Shown here piece after piece: positions 9,818 through 17,707 of a DNA stretch of 64,000 bases (the stretch's first letter is position 1; each line of letters starts with the position of its first letter). The stretch comes from Patescibacteria group bacterium (GTDB taxonomy: Bacteria; Patescibacteriota; Microgenomatia; 2-02-FULL-39-11), in assembly GCA_023379265.1 (NCBI GenBank), contig JAMCUI010000004.1:73273-137272 (forward strand). The letters are read 5' to 3'. A program made the position numbers and the translations under genes. Below the pieces are notes generated by a model. The model ran no database searches. It was not told the DNA's origin and worked only from the letters and a program-made list of their open reading frames with translations.

Positions 9818-9867
9818 ACTTTATGAACTTTATGAACTTTATGAACTTTATGAACTTTATGAACTTT
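9818..9867. repeat. 9-bp microsatellite (actttatga) x ~5.5
   Basis: Perfect tandem copies immediately 3' of the stop of the 9873..10733 gene. Confidence 0.85.
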
Positions 9868-9872
9868 CCACT

Positions 9873-10733
9873 CTAAATTTTTACCGCTTCAAATTTTATC
9901 TTTCCCAAATCATCCCTTGGGCCGTCAATTCCAAATTCCTCATTTGCTCTTCCCTGAAGTTGGACTATCTCAAGAAGATTGCCCTTCTTTCCGCCTGAGG
10001 AACCTGACACCAGACACAAGTCTCCGGTTTTCCCTACCACTCCATTTAACGTGTTTAGGACAAACTGGGAACGTTTGTTTATACTGACTCTCAATATGCC
10101 GCTTTCCAAAATGCTGTCAGACATATGGCTTCTTTTTATGGTAGTCTTCAAGTTACCATATCCATCCACGGAGGCCACGCAAAACTGCGGCACGTCAGGA
10201 ATAGTTCTTTCCTCAATCGGTTGGCCGACTCTGGACAAATTTCCGTAAATTATCGCCATAGTCGCCTCAGGATAATAATCCCTGGAGCGAAACTGTGTCC
10301 CGCGGTTTGGCACTTCTACCTCCCAAAGGCCTTTGAGCCTGCCTTTTACAAATGAAAGGTTGTAACCGGCATTGACTGCAAAGATAGGGATGCCGTTGTC
10401 TAGGATACCACAGACAAATGCCTGCCTTTCCTCACCATGCCAAAAAATTTCCCCACGGGGTGCGGTGTTGGAAAATATGACCAGATTTTTATGCTCGCTA
10501 TGTAGTCCTTCCTGCGCCAGCCAAAAACCTGTTTCAATGGTGGAAAAGGCATATACTGGATGTTCTGTGACGGCGCTTATCTTTTTTTCCTTGTCAAAAC
10601 GGTAGAAATGGTTACGCACCTCAGAGAAGGCATGATCTGTGGTGTGACCTCCGCCGTAGTCAGCGATAACCTCAATCTGCAACGAATCCCGTTCTATCTT
10701 TTCCAAAAGTCTATAACTCCATTTAGCCTGCAT
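9873..10733 (-). CDS. SAM hydroxide adenosyltransferase (DUF62; fluorinase/chlorinase-like SAM hydrolase family)
   Basis: Two-domain ~285 aa protein. N-terminal ADYGGGHTTDHAF and C-terminal FRSRDYYPEA...LSRVGQPIEE resemble DUF62 family signatures (judged from memory of fluorinase FlA). Confidence 0.55.
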   Translation of the reverse strand: MQAKWSYRLLEKIERDSLQIEVIADYGGGHTTDHAFSEVRNHFYRFDKEKKISAVTEHPVYAFSTIETGFWLAQEGLHSEHKNLVIFSNTAPRGEIFWHGEERQAFVCGILDNGIPIFAVNAGYNLSFVKGRLKGLWEVEVPNRGTQFRSRDYYPEATMAIIYGNLSRVGQPIEERTIPDVPQFCVASVDGYGNLKTTIKRSHMSDSILESGILRVSINKRSQFVLNTLNGVVGKTGDLCLVSGSSGGKKGNLLEIVQLQGRANEEFGIDGPRDDLGKIKFEAVKI

Positions 10734-10845
10734 AATAGATGATTATAGCAAAAATTTCCTTATATCCAAATATATTAATTTAGGCATTTATACCTTTTTT
10801 TCGGCATCATCAACTCAACCTCTTTATTTTATTAAAAATCTAGAT

Positions 10846-12261
10846 TCAGGTCCCTTCCTGCCAACTTGAAAGGTACTTTCGCTGCTCTAAAGTTAAACTA
10901 TCAAATCTGACTTTCATTGCTTTTAACTTCAGCCTAGCTACGCGAGTATCAATAGATTTTGGCAATCTGTAAACTTTAGCTTTTAATTTCCCTCTATTTC
11001 TGACAAAGTGCAAAGCGGCAAGCGCCTGATTGGCAAAAGACATATCCATTACCTCTGCCGGATGCCCTTCCGCCGCCACCAGGTTAACCAATCTTCCCTC
11101 TCCCAACACGTATATTTTTTTACCGTCCGGCAATAAGAATTCCTCCAGATTATTTCGCAAAATTTTTCTCCCCTTGGCAAATTTTACCAGTCCGTCATAA
11201 TCAAACTCTACATTAAAGTGTCCGCTGTTTGCTACAATTGCACCACCATTCATCCTCTTCAGGTTTTCCAAACTGATAACATTCTTATCTCCTGTAGCTG
11301 TCACAAAGAGTTCTCCGTATTTTGCCGCCTTACCTATCCTGTCTACCAGAAATCCATCCATCACCGCTTCAAGTGCCTTGACCGGGTCCACTTCAACCAC
11401 CGTCACCATTGCTCCCATTCCCCGCATTTTGCCTGCAATTCCGCGTCCACACCAGCCGTACCCGCAAACTACCACCCTTTTCCCAGCCAAAAGGATATTT
11501 GTCGCGCGCAATATTCCGTCAATAGTCGACTGGCCAGTACCATAGCGGTTATCAAAAAGGTGTTTAGTATCACTGTCATTGACGGCCACAACCGGTATTT
11601 GCAGCGCCCCGTCTTTCTCCATCGCTTTAAGCCTGATTACCCCAGTTGTCGTCTCTTCAGATGATCCCAGAAATTCCCAATCTTTCATTATATTATATAT
11701 ATTTAATAATTTACCTCCAGATTTAACATTTGAGATCTGAATTTTGAGTTTTTTATGTATCGTACTTACCAGATCAGCCCCGTCATCCATGGTTATCTGC
11801 GGCTTTTTAGCTAAAACCGCATCAATATGTCTATAGTAAGTTTTATTGTCTTCCCCGTGTACGGCAAAAACTGATATCCCGAAATCCGCCACAAGCGATG
11901 CCGCAACAGAATCCTGTGTGGAAAGCGGATTTGAAGCGCACAGATAAACTTCAGCACCACCTGCATGAAGCGCCATCATGAGGTTTGCCGTTTCACTTGT
12001 TACATGCAGGCAGGCACCGATGGTTAACCCGGCAAAAGGTTTCTTTTTTTTGAATTCCCCGGAAATAAGACGCAGCACCGGCATCTGCTGCCCTGCCCAT
12101 TCTATCTTTTTCCTGCCTTCCGAAGCCAAGTCTAAATCTTTTACATCATGATTGCCTTTGGAATTACTGCCCCTCTCGATTTTCTTTTTTCCTTCCGGGG
12201 CAAGTTTAAGATCTTTAACGTCAAAATTTGTTGAGTTCATAACTAACAGATAACTGATCAA
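10846..12261 (-). CDS. ahcY: adenosylhomocysteinase
   Basis: NAD-binding GYGWCGRGIAGKMRGMGA, catalytic TTTGV...HxxD regions; N-terminus carries a duplicated ~18-aa segment (DVKDLKLAPEGKKKIE / DVKDLDLASEGRKKIE). Confidence 0.9.
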   Translation of the reverse strand: MISYLLVMNSTNFDVKDLKLAPEGKKKIERGSNSKGNHDVKDLDLASEGRKKIEWAGQQMPVLRLISGEFKKKKPFAGLTIGACLHVTSETANLMMALHAGGAEVYLCASNPLSTQDSVAASLVADFGISVFAVHGEDNKTYYRHIDAVLAKKPQITMDDGADLVSTIHKKLKIQISNVKSGGKLLNIYNIMKDWEFLGSSEETTTGVIRLKAMEKDGALQIPVVAVNDSDTKHLFDNRYGTGQSTIDGILRATNILLAGKRVVVCGYGWCGRGIAGKMRGMGAMVTVVEVDPVKALEAVMDGFLVDRIGKAAKYGELFVTATGDKNVISLENLKRMNGGAIVANSGHFNVEFDYDGLVKFAKGRKILRNNLEEFLLPDGKKIYVLGEGRLVNLVAAEGHPAEVMDMSFANQALAALHFVRNRGKLKAKVYRLPKSIDTRVARLKLKAMKVRFDSLTLEQRKYLSSWQEGT

Positions 12262-12321
12262 ACTCTATTTAATAACTTACTCTCAAATTTAAGACTTTAT
12301 TCGTTTGAGATTTTGTAGTAA

Positions 12322-13032
12322 CTATCCTGATATTATTTCTAAAAACTTATCAGTCTCTACCAGACTATCAAGTATATATTTTGCTCCTGTTTTTCGCAAG
12401 ACTTCGCGACTGTCAAATCCGCTTGCTACCGCAATTCCATTTATCCCCACTTTCAAATCTGCTTCAATATCGTATTTTGAATCCCCGACGTCATAAATAT
12501 TTTTGTGAACAAATTTTGTATTCACAATTTTCCCTATTCTACTTATGGCTTGCTCAACAGACTCCGCCTTTGAGGACACGTTGTCGCCAAATCCTCCGGT
12601 AATGAAAAAATCTTTCAACCCTGCTTTTTCCAGTCTAAACCAGCCGATTTTTTCCAAATTTCCGCTTTTTATAGCCAAGGGAATTGACCTTTTCTTTAAT
12701 TCAGACAAAAGAGCCCTGACCCCCGGCATAACCATTTCGGTATAATCCTGCCGGCAATGAGCAAAAAAATATTCCTCTTTTGCGCCTTTCAAATCTTCAA
12801 TTTTGTTATGTATAATTTCCGACTTTATTCCGTGTGAAATTTGAGGCAGCTTTTCTAAGATGACCGCATCCGGCTGCCCATGATGTGTAGGCCAGTCGGA
12901 CAACCTGGCCTCAATACCCAATACTTTTTTCCAGGCGTATTGGAATCCATCCACATGTTCCTGTAAATTCCCTTTAAGGAGCGTCCAGTCGATATCAAAA
13001 AGAATTAATTGGTAATTGAGGCTTTTCATCAT
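12322..13032 (-). CDS. HAD-superfamily hydrolase
   Basis: Motif I ILFDIDWTLL and C-terminal GDSxxD motif (VGDSKYD). Confidence 0.65.
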   Translation of the reverse strand: MMKSLNYQLILFDIDWTLLKGNLQEHVDGFQYAWKKVLGIEARLSDWPTHHGQPDAVILEKLPQISHGIKSEIIHNKIEDLKGAKEEYFFAHCRQDYTEMVMPGVRALLSELKKRSIPLAIKSGNLEKIGWFRLEKAGLKDFFITGGFGDNVSSKAESVEQAISRIGKIVNTKFVHKNIYDVGDSKYDIEADLKVGINGIAVASGFDSREVLRKTGAKYILDSLVETDKFLEIISG

Positions 13033-13115
13033 TACATCTAGTACTGTGTTCCTTTGATTTTCATACGTTTCTCAAAGCTGATTCATGAGGCAAAATTTAC
13101 GGGACAAAGTATTAG

Positions 13116-14057
13116 TTACAAATTCAATTCTTCTCCGAAATTTTCCCTGTACCGGTCACAAAATTGTTGGACACTATAAACATGAGTGGTGGTACCATAT
13201 TTCTCCACGGTATAAGCTGCGGCAACCGATCCCATCTGTCCACATGTCAAAAGATCAAACCCGCGCATATATCCGGCCATAAAACCTGCCCTATAGGCAT
13301 CTCCTGCCCCTGCCGGGTCAGTGCTGTTTTTTACCCTGGCAGCCTGTATTTGAGTGGTTTGTCCATTTTCACTGATACGGGAACCTCCTTCTCCCAATGT
13401 AGTGATAATAATTTTACCCTTGTTTGACAGTTCGTGAAGATTTTTTACCTCTGTCTTTTTCTCCATCACGCTGACTTCATAGTCATTCCCTATGATGATT
13501 CTTGCTCCTTCAAAAGCGCTTCTCAAATCAGCACCGGAAAACCACGGCAATTGCATTCCCGGGTCAAAAAGAAAAGGTATCTTCTTTCCTCTATACTCTC
13601 TGGCAAAATTAAGCATTGCCCTGGGATTATGAGGCGCAATGATACCAAAATCTATTTTCCTTCTCACAAGAGAGATTGACAACTGGTCTGAAAGGGAATC
13701 TGCTCCGGTATAAAATCCCCATATTTGGTTATCCCTGGAGTCAGTGATACCAAAGGCTGTCGAGGTATAAAGATTCTCAGCCATTTTGACATATGAAGTA
13801 TCCACTTCATTTTTTTCCAAAAACTCCTTATATGAGGTAAAATCCTGACCTGCTACACCCAAAAGCACAGTCCTTATCCCAAGAAGTGAAAGGGAATAAG
13901 CTATGTTTCCCGCTGTGCCGCCAAAACCTTTCCTCATCTGGTTTACGAGAAAAGAAACATTCAGTATATGCTTCTTCTCTGGCATCAGGTGTTCGGAAAA
14001 CTTACCGGGAAAATCCATGATATGGTCAAAAGCAAGGGAACCGGTAATTAATATCAT
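13116..14057 (-). CDS. PfkB-family carbohydrate/nucleoside kinase (adenosine kinase or ribokinase-like)
   Basis: PfkB signature DPAGAGDAYRAGFMAG near C-terminus; N-terminal GGxxxN motif. Confidence 0.75.
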   Translation of the reverse strand: MILITGSLAFDHIMDFPGKFSEHLMPEKKHILNVSFLVNQMRKGFGGTAGNIAYSLSLLGIRTVLLGVAGQDFTSYKEFLEKNEVDTSYVKMAENLYTSTAFGITDSRDNQIWGFYTGADSLSDQLSISLVRRKIDFGIIAPHNPRAMLNFAREYRGKKIPFLFDPGMQLPWFSGADLRSAFEGARIIIGNDYEVSVMEKKTEVKNLHELSNKGKIIITTLGEGGSRISENGQTTQIQAARVKNSTDPAGAGDAYRAGFMAGYMRGFDLLTCGQMGSVAAAYTVEKYGTTTHVYSVQQFCDRYRENFGEELNL

Positions 14058-14133
14058 AGTTATAAAGTTTGAAAGTTTATAAAGTTATAGAAAATATTAC
14101 TTTAAGAACTTTCGACTTTATTAACTTGCAAAC

Positions 14134-14418
14134 TTATTTCCCTCCCCCGAGTAATCCCTGCAGACCACCATTCATTTCAGTCAGTTTTTTGGCGGCTATT
14201 TCCTGGGATTTTTTGATGGCTTCAGAAAGTGCTTCTTTTATTCTCCAGTCTTCCTGGCCGTCTATGAGAATTTCCTTAATTTTCTGATCTCCTGTCATAA
14301 CCACTTTTACCCCGTTCTTCTCAACTGCCACTTCCTCTGCAGCCAGCATCTGCTGCATCTTCATGGCCTGATCCCGCATGGTTTTGAGATCTCCAACAGC
14401 TTTTAACGGATTAAACAT
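14134..14418 (-). CDS. ybaB: nucleoid-associated protein YbaB/EbfC
   Basis: 94 aa, conserved MMKQAQQMQ-like (MKMQQMLAAEE) start and GGLxGLxG tail; follows dnaX as in the classic cluster. Confidence 0.85.
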   Translation of the reverse strand: MFNPLKAVGDLKTMRDQAMKMQQMLAAEEVAVEKNGVKVVMTGDQKIKEILIDGQEDWRIKEALSEAIKKSQEIAAKKLTEMNGGLQGLLGGGK

Positions 14419-14448
14419 AAATCCTCCTTTATAAAATTAATAACTATA

Positions 14449-15570
14449 CTATTTTTCGCACCATTCGACAATTGCCAGCTCCAGTGGCAACTGAGGTATG
14501 CTGGCTCCCCTTAATTCCAAATAGACTCTGGAAAAAAGTTTTATAAGAAATGATAAATCATTTTTGCTGAATTTATCAACCATTTCAGCTGAAACTTTAT
14601 TTTTGTCAATTCCAAACTGTGCAACCAGCAAATCATGAAGTAAATGTAATATGTCTTCCGTAAAAAGACGGAAATTAGCCCCGCTTTGTCCCATTTTTAT
14701 TATCTCCTCAAGTAATACTTTTGTATCCTTTTTCCCAATTAGTTGCAGAAATTTTTCCGGGGAAATGTTTTGTTTTCCTAAAAGCACCTTAAGCTTTTCC
14801 TCTGTCAGTGCATTCTCGGCAACAGCCTGCTCCAGTATCTTTGTAGCATCTCTGAAGGAACCGTCAGCGGAGGCAGCAATAAGCCTCAGCGCTTCTTCTG
14901 TCAGTTCCAGTTTTTCTCCCGAAATGACACGGGAAAGGCAATTGGATATCTCTTCGCTCGATGCCTTCTGGAAATTTATCCTGATACATCTGGAGATGAT
15001 AGTCAGCGGCAATTTTTCCGGCTCTGTGGTGGCGAGTATAAATACTGCATGTTGAGGAGGTTCCTCCAAAGTCTTGAGAAGTGCATTGAACGCCTCATTA
15101 GTAAGCATATGCACCTCATCTATGATATAAACCTTGTACTTTCCGGATACCGGTGCCAGCCTTATCTTCTCGCGCAAATCCCGGATTTCCTCAATACCGC
15201 GGTTGGATGCCGCGTCAATCTCAAAGACATCAAGGTTGCTGCCTTCGGTTATTGACAGGCATGCGCTGCATTTATTACATGGTTCTATACTTACATCTGT
15301 TTTACCATCTGTCTGTGAAACTGCTTTTTTATCTTTTTCTTCCTTCTTTTTATTATTTGTTACCTGTTCCCTGTTACCTGTTGCCTCTTCACAATTCAGG
15401 ATTTTGGCAATAATTCTGGCGGCAGATGTCTTGCCGGTACCACGGCTCCCGGAGAAAAGAAACGCATGAGGCATGAAAGATGAGGAGAAAATACGCGTCA
15501 GGCTCTCTCTGACGGCACTACTGTCTAGCTCTGATAATTTTTGCGGACGGTATTTCCTATAAAGCACCAT
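14449..15570 (-). CDS. dnaX: DNA polymerase III subunit gamma/tau (short form)
   Basis: Walker A GSRGTGKTS, zinc module CNKCSACLSI, DEVHML box; likely true start MVLYRKYRPQ at 15570 rather than the longer ORF to 15630. Confidence 0.85.
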   Translation of the reverse strand: MVLYRKYRPQKLSELDSSAVRESLTRIFSSSFMPHAFLFSGSRGTGKTSAARIIAKILNCEEATGNREQVTNNKKKEEKDKKAVSQTDGKTDVSIEPCNKCSACLSITEGSNLDVFEIDAASNRGIEEIRDLREKIRLAPVSGKYKVYIIDEVHMLTNEAFNALLKTLEEPPQHAVFILATTEPEKLPLTIISRCIRINFQKASSEEISNCLSRVISGEKLELTEEALRLIAASADGSFRDATKILEQAVAENALTEEKLKVLLGKQNISPEKFLQLIGKKDTKVLLEEIIKMGQSGANFRLFTEDILHLLHDLLVAQFGIDKNKVSAEMVDKFSKNDLSFLIKLFSRVYLELRGASIPQLPLELAIVEWCEK

Positions 15571-15574
15571 AATC

Positions 15575-15970
15575 TTAATCTCCATGATGCTGTCCCAAAA
15601 GGTGCAGCATCCCGTGTTCAACCAACTCATCTATCTTGTCATCGACCAACTTGTTCTCATCGCTTGCTTCCTCACGGGCCACAGGATACGAAATGACTAT
15701 ATCTCCCAGCCTGAGAATCCCATCCGGCATATCTATAAAAGGTGCGTCCTTTTTCTCCTCGGAAAGCGGGAAAGAAAGCACATCGGTCGTCTCATCTAAA
15801 TCACGGTATTTCTTGTTTAAGCTTTTCATCATCCTGTCACCCACGACTGACAGGCTCACCTCCACCCGGGCTTTGACGCCCTTTGCCGACAATACTTTGG
15901 CAATAACTTCCCTCACCCTGTCACGGTTTACAGTATAATGTGATTCCGTTTTTATAAGTACGTTTATCAT
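15575..15970 (-). CDS. ybeY: rRNA maturation RNase YbeY
   Basis: C-terminal H-x-x-x-H-x-x-x-x-x-x-H (HGMLHLLGQHH) zinc motif, ~130 aa. Confidence 0.8.
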   Translation of the reverse strand: MINVLIKTESHYTVNRDRVREVIAKVLSAKGVKARVEVSLSVVGDRMMKSLNKKYRDLDETTDVLSFPLSEEKKDAPFIDMPDGILRLGDIVISYPVAREEASDENKLVDDKIDELVEHGMLHLLGQHHGD

Positions 15971-16084
15971 TGTTTATCTTTACTTTCCTGATAACACACT
16001 ACATACTCTCCCATTCTTACGAACAAGAAAATTTTCACTGCGAGCTATTTATACTTTTTATACAGCTCTGACGCGGGTTTTATG

Positions 16085-16288
16085 TTATACCGCTCTGGCG
16101 CGAGCGCGTCTTCGGGCTTTTTTCCTTCTCTCTATCTCTTTTTTTGCCTCTTTTCTCACTTCAGACGGCTTTACATAAAATTCTTTCTTTTTGAATTCCA
16201 GAAGCAACCCTTCAGCAATGACTTTTTTTGTAAATTTTCTTATAACCGAATCGGAAGTATCTCCCGGTCCTGCTTTGACAAAAACCAT
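16085..16288 (-). CDS. rpsU: 30S ribosomal protein S21
   Basis: 67 aa, basic, KAGPGDTSDSVIRKFTKKV... and Arg-rich C-terminus typical of S21. Confidence 0.8.
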   Translation of the reverse strand: MVFVKAGPGDTSDSVIRKFTKKVIAEGLLLEFKKKEFYVKPSEVRKEAKKEIERRKKARRRARARAV

Positions 16289-16327
16289 AAAAAATAAACA
16301 CCCCCTTACCTTTATTACCCAATTATA

Positions 16328-16675
16328 TTATACCTGCCAATGCGGCTTACTCATCCATCCGCCCAGAATATGGAAATGCAAATGTAAGACAAGCTGCCCT
16401 GCTCCCTCTCCATTATTTGCCACGACTTTATATCCGCTTTTATCTACGTTTGTTTTCCTGGCAATTTCAGACACCGCAATGAGCAATTTTCCCAACAAAT
16501 CCTTATTAGCTGCATCGACATTTGCCAGAGATTCTATATGTTTTTTAGGCACCACCAGTACATGCACCGGCGCTTTAGGATTTATGTCGTTAAAAGCGAC
16601 GATATCCTTATCCTCAAATACTTTTTTGGATGGGATTTCCCCTTTTATGATCTTGCAAAAAATACAATCATCCAT
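16328..16675 (-). CDS. HIT-family (histidine triad) protein
   Basis: CIFCKII N-terminus and HLHFHILGG histidine triad. Confidence 0.85.
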   Translation of the reverse strand: MDDCIFCKIIKGEIPSKKVFEDKDIVAFNDINPKAPVHVLVVPKKHIESLANVDAANKDLLGKLLIAVSEIARKTNVDKSGYKVVANNGEGAGQLVLHLHFHILGGWMSKPHWQV

Positions 16676-16716
16676 AATCTAATTGACAATAATCTCTTTT
16701 GGTTCTTTGTTATCTG

Positions 16717-17598
16717 TTATTTACTCTTTGATTTCAACACTTCAATAATCTCCCTCAGCGTCAGTTTTGTTGCCTTTGTCTGGGGATTTTTCATAGAACC
16801 GTTCAAGACCATATTTTTGCCGGCATGCAAAAACCATGTAGCTTCCTTATCAATTTCCTTATATCTATTATAACAGTCAGTCAAATCCACTCTTGGGTCA
16901 GGAAGGGACTTGATACGCACATAACCTTTTTTGGGATCCTTGCGGACAGCGATTACATAACCGGATTTTTGCGCGATGCGTATTGTCTCATCATTTATGG
17001 TTTCGATACCTATCCCTTTTCCCCACTTGGATTGGAACTCTACTCCGTTTTCCTTTATTTCTCTTTCAGCCCAGACCTTATTTTGCATCGCTTTATAAAT
17101 GCCGTCAAGAGCCTCCATAGCATGACTGATAATCCGCAGATGGTCATCAGAATAAATCAGCTTCCACCCATCCATTATGCCAACCAGCCCGAAATCGTAA
17201 AAGTCGGCAGTGGGGTTGGGAAAATACACTTCCTTAAAGTGGTCTATAATGTTGACCACATCAACCAGTCTCTCCATAGCCTCATCGGGAAATTCTTTAT
17301 GAATCTTATCTTTTGGCCTTTGGCTTTTGGCCTTTGGCTTTAGAACTTGCGAAATGTATTCCATTGTGCGTTTTGCAGCACATGTATCCTCTCCAGTCTG
17401 ATGGTGATCTAGTATACCCATCCCGGTATCCACATGCAAAATATCAGGGTCACTATCAACGGGTTCGTTACCTAGAGTCTTTCCTGCCGGAACAAAAGCG
17501 ACATCCGCACTCTCCCATCCTGGCAAAAAGCGCTTCAGGAGCCAAACGGACGACACCGCATCCACATCTGGTGCCATATGGGTCACTATCGTTTTCAT
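16717..17598 (-). CDS. DHH-family phosphoesterase-like protein (NrnA-like N-terminal domain, atypical C-terminus)
   Basis: Motifs HMAPDVDAVSS, VDTG, ILDHHQ match DHH motifs I-III; no clear GGGH. Confidence 0.5.
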   Translation of the reverse strand: MKTIVTHMAPDVDAVSSVWLLKRFLPGWESADVAFVPAGKTLGNEPVDSDPDILHVDTGMGILDHHQTGEDTCAAKRTMEYISQVLKPKAKSQRPKDKIHKEFPDEAMERLVDVVNIIDHFKEVYFPNPTADFYDFGLVGIMDGWKLIYSDDHLRIISHAMEALDGIYKAMQNKVWAEREIKENGVEFQSKWGKGIGIETINDETIRIAQKSGYVIAVRKDPKKGYVRIKSLPDPRVDLTDCYNRYKEIDKEATWFLHAGKNMVLNGSMKNPQTKATKLTLREIIEVLKSKSK

Positions 17599-17672
17599 AT
17601 CTAAAATATCACAAACCTAACAAGAAACTTATTACAATCTGCTGGTGCCATATGGGTCACTATCGTTTTCAT
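17568..17672. repeat. 31-bp direct repeat (ctggtgccatatgggtcactatcgttttcat) at 17568-17598 and 17642-17672, duplicating the start codon and first 9 codons of the DHH gene
   Basis: Read directly; upstream copy opens a 25-codon decoy ORF (MMKTIVTHMAPADCNKFLVRFVIF*). Confidence 0.8.
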
Positions 17673-17707
17673 CATCTTATTTTAAGTTAATTGTCTGTGT
17701 TAGTCTA

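Noticed and set aside
14449-15630. Long dnaX start at 15630 (MSWLNTGCC...)
   Set aside because: That start overlaps ybeY by 55 bp. The conserved DnaX N-terminus begins at MVLYRKYRPQ (15570), leaving a 4-bp gap.
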